Below, in pieces: positions 17,103 through 24,947 of a DNA stretch of 64,000 nt. Position numbers and translations under genes: made by a program. The notes below the pieces were generated by a model that saw nothing but the letters and a program-made list of their open reading frames with translations, was not told where the DNA came from and did not search any database. The stretch is taken from NCBI GenBank assembly GCA_021811155.1, contig JAJZPO010000002.1, forward strand, positions 6,042 to 70,041, given 5' to 3'. The stretch is from Bacillota bacterium (lineage in GTDB: Bacteria; Bacillota; Desulfitobacteriia; Desulfitobacteriales; JAJXUE01). Numbering within the stretch: position 1 is the stretch's first letter; every line of letters begins with the position of its first letter.

Positions 17103-17633
17103 TTGGAGAAAAACAGTATCAGCCGATCCGTGCTTGAAGTAGTTGAAATTGTAGTAATTGCCCTCATTCTGTCTTGGGTCTTGCGCACATTTGTGGTCGA
17201 AGCGAGGGTTATCCCAACCGGATCAATGCTTCCTACCATTCAGCTTCAGGACCGGGTGGTAGTGGATAAGCTCTTCTTTAAGTTTACCGGCTTGCATCGA
17301 GGTGATATCGTGGTTTTCCATCCTCCGGCGAGCGCACATTCCAAGGAAGATTTCATTAAGCGGGTTATCGGTCTGCCGGGTGAAAAAATCGAGGTCAAAA
17401 ACGGCCGGGTTTATATCAATGACCAGCCCTTGGTGGAAGATTACATAGCGGAACCTCCCAACTACCAGTACGGGCCGCAAATAATTCCGCAAAATGCCTA
17501 TTTCGTGATGGGAGACAACCGCAATAACAGCGCGGATAGCCACGAGTGGGGAATGCTCCCGGCTGAAAATATCACAGGGAGGGCCTTGTTCCGTTACTGG
17601 CCGTTGAACAGGTTCGGCTTGTTGAAAAAATAA
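17103..17633 (+). CDS. lepB: Signal peptidase I
   Basis: GSMLPTI (catalytic Ser), GDIVVF, IKRVIGLPGE (Lys box), VMGDNRNNSADS. Confidence 0.92.
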   Translation: MEKNSISRSVLEVVEIVVIALILSWVLRTFVVEARVIPTGSMLPTIQLQDRVVVDKLFFKFTGLHRGDIVVFHPPASAHSKEDFIKRVIGLPGEKIEVKNGRVYINDQPLVEDYIAEPPNYQYGPQIIPQNAYFVMGDNRNNSADSHEWGMLPAENITGRALFRYWPLNRFGLLKK

Positions 17634-17675
17634 AGGGTACCAGTGAACAGAGGCGGGGTTAGCCGCCTCTTTGGT

Positions 17676-17957
17676 TTAAAGTTGCCCTTTGACCTGGTTG
17701 TACTTGGTCTTGGCGTTTTGCACTTCCTGGTCGGCTGCTCTTGGCACTGAGTACCAGCCCCGCTGGCTCATGGCGTTGAACAGGTCTTCGTGGATACGCT
17801 GCTCATCCTGCTGGATGCTCATCAAGGTCTGACGTAAGTTGGCACAGTCGGTTTCGGAGACGAAAGTGTTATAAGCTGCAGTTGTATGCTTTTCACTTGA
17901 CAGCAGATCAGTTATTGACTCCTGTTCCGACATCCGGGTTTGATGTTGATGTGGCAT
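17676..17957 (-). CDS. Spore coat protein F (Coat_F domain)-like
   Basis: 93 aa. DLLSSEKHTTAAYNTFVSETDCANLRQTL pattern typical of the Coat F domain. Confidence 0.78.
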   Translation of the reverse strand: MPHQHQTRMSEQESITDLLSSEKHTTAAYNTFVSETDCANLRQTLMSIQQDEQRIHEDLFNAMSQRGWYSVPRAADQEVQNAKTKYNQVKGQL

Positions 17958-17979
17958 ATGCCCTTCCTCCTTTACCTTT

Positions 17980-18195
17980 TTATTGGTGGGAATTCAAGTA
18001 ATTCAACAAAGTGTTAAAATGATTATGGTGCTTCTCAGCAATGCTGCTGCAAAGCTGCCGCAGCTGAGGATCGGTACACTGGCTTGATGCCTGTTCATAT
18101 TTGTGTACCAGGAGAGCCTCGTGATTCAGCTCATCTTCGAGAATATGCAGGTTTTTGCTGCTGAGCTTCTTAGCGCCGCCCATGTTCATGCTCAT
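17980..18195 (-). CDS. Small spore-coat-associated protein (partner of the CotF-like gene)
   Basis: 71 aa, four-helix-like, LEDELNHEALLVHKY. Directly upstream and co-oriented with the Coat_F gene. Confidence 0.55.
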   Translation of the reverse strand: MSMNMGGAKKLSSKNLHILEDELNHEALLVHKYEQASSQCTDPQLRQLCSSIAEKHHNHFNTLLNYLNSHQ

Positions 18196-18332
18196 AGATT
18201 TCCGTACCTCCCGATTTTTGATGTTTAGCTCGTTAGTTAGTATTTTTCTCCCGGGCCAGATTTATGGCTAGAAAAATTTTCTGCTGCAGCGAGTACTTAG
18301 ACTGAGGCTTCCCAGAAGAGTACGGAGGATTT

Positions 18333-18833
18333 ATGCAGGACCTGAAGTACATTAGTTATGTGGAAGAACAAAACGGAATTGCCGAGGCGGTTTACTTACT
18401 GGAAGAGAGACTGAAGTCCGGAGGAGCTGACAAAGTAACGGTACTCAGGCTGCTGTTTCTATATTGGTTTATGGAGCATGAGCCGGCCTTTTTTACCAAT
18501 GACAATGGTTCGAGGGACTGGACTCAGAGTTTCAGGGGCCTGCTGGAGCAGACTTGGAACAGATTCAAAGAGGACAGTGAATACAACTGGGTCGCAGGGT
18601 ATTTGTTAAGCCAATTTCCTGCCCAGGACATGCGTCGGCGGGGTGAAGAGATGCAGCGTGAAGCCGTGTGCCTGGAGCCGGACAGTATCCTGCCTGATCT
18701 TTTCCTCCACTTGGCCCGAAAGGAGAAATTTTCGCTCCAAGGGGTTCATGACCTGGAGAACAGGCTTGCAGACTGGGGGATGTTGGGTGATTATTTGCGT
18801 CATACCCTGGCGGGTCTGGGCCCGGACAAATGA
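18333..18833 (+). CDS. Hypothetical protein
   Basis: 166 aa ORF with reasonable codon usage. No family recognised. Confidence 0.5.
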   Translation: MQDLKYISYVEEQNGIAEAVYLLEERLKSGGADKVTVLRLLFLYWFMEHEPAFFTNDNGSRDWTQSFRGLLEQTWNRFKEDSEYNWVAGYLLSQFPAQDMRRRGEEMQREAVCLEPDSILPDLFLHLARKEKFSLQGVHDLENRLADWGMLGDYLRHTLAGLGPDK

Positions 18834-18863
18834 AAGGACCTTCCCGAACGGGAAGGTCTCCAT

Positions 18864-19310
18864 TTAAGCCTCAGCAAGTTTTAAGCCCTTTTCTGTGATG
18901 AAATCCATGAGCAGCTTGGCTGTGCCGCCGGTGAGTTTGAGACAGCGGCGCAGATGATCAGGGGAATCAAATTCAAAGGTATTGAGCACCCGGCAGCAAG
19001 TGGCGCCATACTCCTGCTCGAAGCGGTCGTGAAAGGCCTTTGCCAGGTCGTAGACCGGATCTCTGTCCTGCTCTGGGCTTGTGCGGCCCTTGTACATCCC
19101 CAGAACCATTGCCGACCCGGTGAGAGCGCCGCACATACAGCCGGCGTGGCCTAATCCGCCGCCAAAGCCGGATGCCATCTTGACGATTTCCGGACTGAAA
19201 GGCTCTCCCAGCAGTTCATTATAGGCCTTAACAATTGATTCGGCACAATTAAGTCCTGCCTTAAAATTGTTTCCGGCCCTGTTTCTTGCCTCCAGAGCTA
19301 AATCTTCCAA
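18864..19310 (-). CDS. C_GCAxxG_C_C family redox protein
   Basis: GLNCAES..., GFGGGLGHAGCMCGALTG (C-GCAxxG signature), CCRVL. Confidence 0.85.
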   Translation of the reverse strand: MEDLALEARNRAGNNFKAGLNCAESIVKAYNELLGEPFSPEIVKMASGFGGGLGHAGCMCGALTGSAMVLGMYKGRTSPEQDRDPVYDLAKAFHDRFEQEYGATCCRVLNTFEFDSPDHLRRCLKLTGGTAKLLMDFITEKGLKLAEA

Positions 19311-19510
19311 TGCAAACTCCTCCCAATACTCGTTTTCTTTCTTTCTTTCTATTATATCATCACTTTCAGGGCATGTTTGACATACATCAAATCTTTCACT
19401 GCCTTTTAGAAAAAAAGCAACCTTACCGAAGACATTCAGGCTTAAAATGGAGTATAGTATGGATATATATAATTGAACCCTGTAACGTTTTTAACTGGAG
19501 GGGAATGGCA

Positions 19511-20608
19511 ATGAAAAAACTGCGTGTGGGTGTTATTTTTGGAGGCCGGTCGGGAGAACACGAGGTGTCCCTGAATTCGGCCAATTCAATCTTAACAGCC
19601 CTTGACCGAGAGAAATACGATGTAATTCCCATCGGGATCAACAAGGCCGGGCGCTGGCTCATTGGCGCTGAACCCAGCCAGGTGCTGGCTGAAGGGGGGT
19701 TTGGTCCCCAACTGATTCCGGCAGCATTAATTCCGGATCCGTCGGAGGCTCGCCTGGTACCTTTGGCCGGAGGGGAAGCAAACTCGCTTGACGTGGTTTT
19801 CCCGGTTTTGCACGGTACATATGGGGAAGACGGTACTGTGCAGGGCTTGCTTGAGCTCGCCAACATTCCCTACGTCGGTTCTGGTGTACTGGGGTCTGCG
19901 GTGGGGATGGATAAAATTGTAATGAAGCGGATCTTTGCCCAGGTAGGTTTACCCCAGGGAAGGTTTTCAGCCTTCACCAGAAAGCAATGGGAGAGTTCAC
20001 CTGAGTCCGTTCTGGCTGAAGTTGAAAACGGTTTGGGATACCCCTGTTTTGTCAAGCCGGCCAACATGGGCTCCAGCGTCGGCATAAACAAGGCCAGAGA
20101 CCGTGACGGTTTGGTGCGGGCTCTTCAAGTTGCTGCTAAATATGACCGCAGGCTTGTGGTTGAAGAATTTATCGACGGCCGGGAGATAGAGGTAAGTGTT
20201 CTGGGCAACGATGAACCGGTAGCTTCACTCCCTGGGGAAATAATTCCCTGCAATGACTTTTATGATTACAAGGCCAAGTATGTCGATGGAGACTCTGCCT
20301 TGATTATTCCGGCTGAGCTGCCGGATTCGACTGTGGCAAGCATCCGGCGCTATGCTGTTCGGGCGTTTGCGGCGCTGGACTGTGCTGGGCTGGCCCGGGT
20401 AGACTTCTTCGTTTCCCGCAAGGACGGGAGTGTCTTGATTAACGAAGTGAACACTATGCCCGGCTTTACAAGCATCAGCATGTACCCGAAACTGTGGGAT
20501 GCATCAGGGATCGCGTACAGTGAATTGCTCGATAAGCTTATCCAACTAGCGATCGATCGGCACCTGGAAAAGAATCGCTCGAAAACCACCTATGAATTGG
20601 ACGATTAG
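19511..20608 (+). CDS. ddl: D-alanine--D-alanine ligase
   Basis: MKKLRVGVIFGGRSGEHEVSL..., LHGTYGEDGTVQGLLE, ATP-grasp motifs, EVNTMPGFT. ATG 19511 lies 7 nt after GGAGGGG. The ORF-track start at 19286 overlaps the upstream gene. Confidence 0.93.
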   Translation: MKKLRVGVIFGGRSGEHEVSLNSANSILTALDREKYDVIPIGINKAGRWLIGAEPSQVLAEGGFGPQLIPAALIPDPSEARLVPLAGGEANSLDVVFPVLHGTYGEDGTVQGLLELANIPYVGSGVLGSAVGMDKIVMKRIFAQVGLPQGRFSAFTRKQWESSPESVLAEVENGLGYPCFVKPANMGSSVGINKARDRDGLVRALQVAAKYDRRLVVEEFIDGREIEVSVLGNDEPVASLPGEIIPCNDFYDYKAKYVDGDSALIIPAELPDSTVASIRRYAVRAFAALDCAGLARVDFFVSRKDGSVLINEVNTMPGFTSISMYPKLWDASGIAYSELLDKLIQLAIDRHLEKNRSKTTYELDD

Positions 20609-20646
20609 GCTTGGTTGGAGTGTTTCAAGCTAAATCCTCAAACATA

Positions 20647-20693
20647 AGAAAGCCTTGTTTCCCTGCACCCAGGGAGACAAGGCTTTCTTTTAA
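20647..20693. terminator. Bidirectional terminator between convergent ddl and lexA
   Basis: agaaagccttgt / acaaggctttct stem with an inner tccctg/caggga stem, T-rich on both sides. Confidence 0.7.
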
Positions 20694-21322
20694 TGAATGC
20701 GTCTGAACACGCCCGTTACTTTTCCAAGTATTGAAACTTCCTTGACCAGGATTGGTTCCATCAACTGGTTTTCCGGCTGGAGGCGGAAGTGGTCTTTCTC
20801 TTTGAAGAATCGTTTTACTGTTGCCTCCTCCCCAATCAAGGCAACCACAATCTCGCCGTTGCGGGCTATGTTTTGCTGTCTTACCAAAACAAAATCCTCA
20901 TCCAGGATTCCGGCCTCAACCATGCTTTCTCCCTGGACCCGAAGCATAAACACATTATCGTTGCGCACGAAATCTTTTGGGAGCGGGAACGTGTCTTCGA
21001 TGTTCTCCACAGCCAATATCGGCTGACCGGCCGTAACCCTGCCTACAATGGGAACCTCTACCAATTCTTTTCTGTGTAAGTTGGAATCGCTGCCGATCAA
21101 TACTTCGATGGCCCGAGGTTTGGTCGGGTCACGCCGGATGTAACCCTTTTCTTCCAAGGCGTTTAGATGACTGTGTACCGTAGAACTGGAACTAAGGCCG
21201 ACTGCTTCGCCAATTTCTCTTACTGCAGGCGGATAACCTTTTTGTTTAATTGCCCGGCGAATAAATTCCAGAATCTGAACCTGTCTATTGTTTAGATCTT
21301 CATACACCGGCATACCCTCCAC
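20690..21322 (-). CDS. lexA: SOS repressor LexA
   Basis: N-terminal wHTH ([34 protein letters not shown]), cleavage region, and S24 peptidase motifs (GESM..., KRF). The start may be GTG 21322 or ATG 21313. Confidence 0.93.
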   Translation of the reverse strand: MEGMPVYEDLNNRQVQILEFIRRAIKQKGYPPAVREIGEAVGLSSSSTVHSHLNALEEKGYIRRDPTKPRAIEVLIGSDSNLHRKELVEVPIVGRVTAGQPILAVENIEDTFPLPKDFVRNDNVFMLRVQGESMVEAGILDEDFVLVRQQNIARNGEIVVALIGEEATVKRFFKEKDHFRLQPENQLMEPILVKEVSILGKVTGVFRRIH

Positions 21323-21369
21323 AACATTCTCTTATCCATGGATAATTATACCATAGACCAAACGAATTT

Positions 21370-21383
21370 CAAACGTTTGTTCG
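21370..21383. promoter_or_regulatory. LexA (Cheo/SOS) box 1 in the lexA / yneA-like intergenic region
   Basis: The reverse complement reads CGAACAAACGTTTG, against the Gram-positive consensus CGAAC-N4-GTTCG. Confidence 0.7.
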
Positions 21384-21440
21384 AAATTTTTATTAAAAAT
21401 ATTGACAGGGAAACAGATGTTCTGATATCCTAATGATAAT

Positions 21441-21454
21441 AGAACAAACGTTTT
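21441..21454. promoter_or_regulatory. LexA box 2, overlapping the start region of the yneA-like gene
   Basis: AGAACAAACGTTTT. A weaker third site AAACAGATGTTC lies at 21411-21422, just downstream of a TTGACA -35 (21402-21407). Confidence 0.65.
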
Positions 21455-21467
21455 GGAGGTGGCCCAA

Positions 21468-21761
21468 TTGAGAGTGAAGAGACGTTGGAATCCCAGAAAC
21501 TTGATTGTTTTTCTTGTGACAATTTTGCTTACGGCAGGGGCTATAAATATTTTCGCGGGTACCAGTCCTACAGAGGCTTCCGGCAACAAAACATATGTGC
21601 CAATCATTGTCCATGCGGGCGATAATCTATGGAATATTGCCGCAGCCAGAGTTCCTGACCAGGACCCGCGGAAGATTGTACAAGAAATTATGGAGATCAA
21701 TAATCTGGCTGATGTTAACATTGTTCCGGGTGAGGTATTAGTGGTTCCAGCCAAGAAATAG
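21468..21761 (+). CDS. LysM-domain SOS cell-division inhibitor, YneA-like
   Basis: Divergent from lexA as in B. subtilis. N-terminal TM segment plus LysM (HAGDNLWNIAA...INNLADVNIVPGEVLVVP). TTG 21468 lies 7 nt after GGAGG; the ORF track starts at TTG 21453. Confidence 0.75.
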   Translation: MRVKRRWNPRNLIVFLVTILLTAGAINIFAGTSPTEASGNKTYVPIIVHAGDNLWNIAAARVPDQDPRKIVQEIMEINNLADVNIVPGEVLVVPAKK

Positions 21762-21769
21762 AGTTTCAT

Positions 21770-21796
21770 AAGCCGGCATTGGCCGGCTTTTTTTTG
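21770..21796 (+). terminator. Rho-independent terminator
   Basis: aagccggc-attg-gccggctt followed by eight T. Confidence 0.85.
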
Positions 21797-21859
21797 TTTG
21801 TGCCGAAACAGCATGATGGGAACCTGTAAAGAATAAAAGTGAAGGGAGGTGGGGAAAAG

Positions 21860-22702
21860 ATGGCGCTGGTTACGCGCAGAAAGCCTGGCCCTGGAAAGAT
21901 TGTTATTGGAATTATTGCGGTTATTGTGATAATAATGCTCTACTATGTCTTGCCCAAGCATCAGGCTGAGACCGAGGCGTTTGAAAAGTTATCGCAACTG
22001 CCTGCACCGGTGGTACAGTCCAGCCAGAAGGCAGCCGACCGGTTCCAACTGCCCTGGGAGCTTCTCGCGGCATCTTTTCAGGTCAGGCTGGAGCATGGCT
22101 TGATTGACAGCTATCCGGAGGATGCTGACATCATCAAGACCGCAGCGCGCCTGGCCGGTTCCAAAGGAATTGACAGGTCAGAAATTGTGAGAAAACTCGG
22201 ATTTTCGCGCCAGCTAGCCGGTGAAATTGCGGCCAGGGCCAAAATTCTCCAGAGCAGGTCCTTCATCTTGTCACCAGTCTATGGTTTTCCATACAAAATC
22301 CTGCTACACTATACCGATACCTGGGGAGCGGACAGAGAGGGTGGAAAACGCAAGCACGAGGGGACTGACATTTTTGCGGTTGAGGGCACGCCCATCTACT
22401 CTGTGTCTGAAGGTAAAGTGGAAAAGCTTGGCTGGAACCGGCTGGGGGGAGAGAGAGTAGGGGTTAGGGGCAAGGACGGTATTTACTATTATTACGCTCA
22501 CATGTCCCGGATCAATCCGGCGCTTAAGGTGGGTCTTACCGTCACAGCAGGTTCTCTGCTTGGCTACACCGGTCATTCGGGTGACGCCATTTCAACACCA
22601 GATCACCTGCACTTCGGGATGCAATTGCCTAATGGCGCCTGGATCAATCCGTACAATTTTTTGCGGTATTGGGAAGGGAGCATGGACAGATCGCGTGCAT
22701 AG
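21860..22702 (+). CDS. M23 family metallopeptidase
   Basis: HEGTDIF..., HMSRI..., GHSGDAISTPDHLHFGM (HxxxD / HxH M23 motifs). N-terminal TM segment. ATG 21860 follows GGGAGGTGGGG. Confidence 0.88.
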   Translation: MALVTRRKPGPGKIVIGIIAVIVIIMLYYVLPKHQAETEAFEKLSQLPAPVVQSSQKAADRFQLPWELLAASFQVRLEHGLIDSYPEDADIIKTAARLAGSKGIDRSEIVRKLGFSRQLAGEIAARAKILQSRSFILSPVYGFPYKILLHYTDTWGADREGGKRKHEGTDIFAVEGTPIYSVSEGKVEKLGWNRLGGERVGVRGKDGIYYYYAHMSRINPALKVGLTVTAGSLLGYTGHSGDAISTPDHLHFGMQLPNGAWINPYNFLRYWEGSMDRSRA

Positions 22703-22762
22703 AATGCCATGCGTCAGCAGAGAATTTAAGCAAAGGGAAATATGAGTAAAAAATTTCCACAA

Positions 22763-22774
22763 AACACTTGTTCG
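22763..22774. promoter_or_regulatory. LexA box A upstream of small ORF 22829
   Basis: The reverse complement reads CGAACAAGTGTT. It overlaps a TTGTTC -35-like hexamer 17 nt upstream of TGcTAAAAT (22788-22796). Confidence 0.55.
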
Positions 22775-22801
22775 AGATAAGCCAACGTGCTAAAATAAAA
22801 A

Positions 22802-22814
22802 CAAACACGTGTTC
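22802..22814. promoter_or_regulatory. LexA box B upstream of small ORF 22829
   Basis: The reverse complement reads GAACACGTGTTTG. It lies between the putative -10 and the GGAGGGGA RBS. Confidence 0.55.
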
Positions 22815-22828
22815 TGGAGGGGAGTAAG

Positions 22829-23029
22829 ATGACTCTCAGTCTTGAGCAAAAAGATGAACTGATGAAACTGATAAAGAAAAAGGAGATACAGCTGCGAAGG
22901 AGAAATATTAAGGTGCGGAGCGGTGACCTATGGTGTAAGGCAATCATAATCCTGCTGAGCGGGGGGAGCTATCAAACCGTTTTATGGACACTGGAGTCTT
23001 ACCCTCAGGAGAGCTGGTTTGTTGCCTGA
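22829..23029 (+). CDS. Small protein (66 aa) with an HTH-like pattern, possibly SOS-regulated
   Basis: GGAGGGGA RBS 5 nt upstream. LSLEQKDELMKLIKKKE...AIIILLSGGSYQTV recalls the N-terminal HTH of IS630-type transposases (RA.IILL..G.S). No transposase body follows. Confidence 0.45.
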   Translation: MTLSLEQKDELMKLIKKKEIQLRRRNIKVRSGDLWCKAIIILLSGGSYQTVLWTLESYPQESWFVA

Positions 23030-23053
23030 TTGTCTTGGCGAGGAGAGTGTGCT

Positions 23054-23935
23054 TTGTCCAGGCGTTTCATTGCAGCAGCTTGTTTAATCAGTGTTTTCAC
23101 GTTTTGGCTGAGCGCTCCTCTTAATGGAGCGGTTGATGCGCCGAAGGATCCTGTCTCAGGTGAGTCAGCGGCGGTAGTGATTGATGCTCACACCGGGTCT
23201 GCACTCAGCTCAAACAGTCCGGATAGGGTATTGGCCTCAGCCAGCCTGACGAAGTTGATGACGGCACTTTTGGTGGTGGAAAAGGATAAACTTTCCGATA
23301 CGGTCATGGTGGGCCGGGAGGTTTTCGGTGTTGAGGGGTCCGTCCTGGGACTTCAGCCCGGGGACCGAATTACGGTGGAGAATCTCCTCTATGGTTTGTT
23401 GGTCCATTCGGGCAACGATGCCGCCAACGCATTGGCGGTTTATACGGCCGGCAGCCAGGAGGGTTTTGTCGGCATGATGAATGCCAGGGCACAATCAATA
23501 GGGCTTGCTACCACCCATTTTGTCAACCCCAGTGGTCTGCCGGCACCAGGTCATGTTTCCTCAGCCAGGGACATAGCGCTCCTGGCCAGAACGGTTTTGC
23601 AGAATTCGGTGATACGGGCCATTACCTCAACCAAGGAAGCAGAGCTGACCTGGCAGGACAAAAAAGGCCGGACGAGACGGGCCGAATTGGCAAATACCAA
23701 CCGGTTGTTGGGACTCTATCCCGGGGTGACGGGAGTAAAGACCGGCACAACCACAGAGGCTGGGCAGTGTCTGGTAACCTTTGCTCAATGGGATGCGGGA
23801 CAGGTTATCCTGGTGCTGCTCAAAAGCGCAAACCGTTACGCTGAGTCGATCGCGTATCTGGACCATGCTTATGCGGAATTACAATTGGGAAGGGCCGGCA
23901 GCTTGCTGCTGCAAAATAGCTTATTCAGTTTTTAG
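23054..23935 (+). CDS. D-alanyl-D-alanine carboxypeptidase (S11, PBP5/DacF-like)
   Basis: SASLTKLMT (SxxK), HSGND (SxN), KTGTT (KTG). Signal peptide. TTG 23054 lies 6 nt after GGAGAG; the ORF track starts at TTG 23030. Confidence 0.9.
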   Translation: MSRRFIAAACLISVFTFWLSAPLNGAVDAPKDPVSGESAAVVIDAHTGSALSSNSPDRVLASASLTKLMTALLVVEKDKLSDTVMVGREVFGVEGSVLGLQPGDRITVENLLYGLLVHSGNDAANALAVYTAGSQEGFVGMMNARAQSIGLATTHFVNPSGLPAPGHVSSARDIALLARTVLQNSVIRAITSTKEAELTWQDKKGRTRRAELANTNRLLGLYPGVTGVKTGTTTEAGQCLVTFAQWDAGQVILVLLKSANRYAESIAYLDHAYAELQLGRAGSLLLQNSLFSF

Positions 23936-23951
23936 CTCGGAGGGTTTTTGG

Positions 23952-24143
23952 GTGAAGAAATGCATAATGCAAGATCGAGCCTGCTCCAATTGCGGGGAGT
24001 GCCTTAAGTGTGACCTGGATCCCGGCAAAATCTGCGATAATTGCTGCAAGTGCTTGGGGGATGCGGATTATTCAGGCATAGAAATCGATGATATCTTAGT
24101 AAACACTGAAACCCTAGCCAAAAAAGCAAGGTCAGAGGACTAG
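23952..24143 (+). CDS. Small Cys-rich protein (63 aa)
   Basis: GTG 23952 lies 7 nt after GGAGGG (alternative ATG 23967). CSNCGECLKCDLDPGKICDNCCKC gives 8 Cys in 24 residues. The terminator overlaps the stop. Confidence 0.6.
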   Translation: MKKCIMQDRACSNCGECLKCDLDPGKICDNCCKCLGDADYSGIEIDDILVNTETLAKKARSED

Positions 24144-24166
24144 ACCTTCTTGACCTTGCTTTTTTC
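24125..24166 (+). terminator. Rho-independent terminator
   Basis: agcaaggtca / tgaccttgct stem followed by TTTTTT. Confidence 0.8.
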
Positions 24167-24810
24167 TTTGTGTAACCAAAAAAGGGGGAGAGAAGACCAG
24201 GATTGGCAGACCAAAACTGAACTGCGAGATTTTAACCAATTAGGCAGAAACACTGATTATCGGGAAAAGAATAGTTAACGATAATTATATTATGTAAACC
24301 AAGTCGGATGACCGTGTTCAGGTAGAGGACCGGTCTTTTTATGTTGTTTTGACTCAATATAGATGCAAAAAATAAGGATCTAAAAATTACTAGAGCACAT
24401 TACAAACATTTTTGCAGTTAAAAGCGTTTGTCATGCTGGAGAAGTTATCGAAAGACTCAAACATCCGGTCCGGTTAAGCATTAGCCCAAAGGCCGCCTGG
24501 TTAAGATTACATGGCTTAGATAATTTATTGGCCGGCAGTAGTCCAATGTCCGGGCCTATGAATTATGTCCATAGAGACCCTTATCTAACGTCCTATAATA
24601 GATATTATGTAAACTAGGCTGTAGATTGGGTTCGTGGAGAGGAGCCTCTTCTAGCCTCGATAACTTTCGGTTCCTGTGGAGTCATGAAAACCCTTGAATG
24701 TCCAGCCAGCATCGGCTTCAGCACAGGCTGTTGCAAAACCAGTGATATTGATATCATCTACCAGGAGGCCAAACCCGCCTGTATTTGAATCTGTCCAGTA
24801 AAAGATGGTA

Positions 24811-24850
24811 TAAAAAGAAAGGCCAGAGTCTTCTTGACTTTCTGGCCTTT
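24811..24850 (-). terminator. Rho-independent terminator of the ABC-F gene
   Basis: The minus strand reads aaaggccaga...tctggccttt followed by cttttta. Confidence 0.7.
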
Positions 24851-24947
24851 GTTTGTGTTTGTAGACAAAAAGTCCCGGCTTTTCTAGCTGCAACCCCTGA
24901 AATAATAAATGATGCCGGCTACTTGCACTTTTAAAGGCAGCCTTGCC

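Noticed and set aside
19286-19510. The long N-terminal extension of the ddl ORF (start at 19286).
   Set aside because: It overlaps the divergent C_GCAxxG_C_C gene start and an AT-rich promoter region. The canonical Ddl N-terminus MKKLRVGVIFGG starts at 19511 with a proper RBS.
21332-21961. 209-aa minus-strand ORF spanning the lexA promoter region and the yneA-like gene.
   Set aside because: It crosses SOS boxes, a terminator and two better-supported genes, and is low-complexity.
24651-24893. 80-aa minus-strand ORF downstream of the ABC-F gene.
   Set aside because: Its first third is the ABC-F terminator hairpin (24811-24850), and no start codon exists after it. At most it is a gene remnant, as noted in the AT-rich patch finding.
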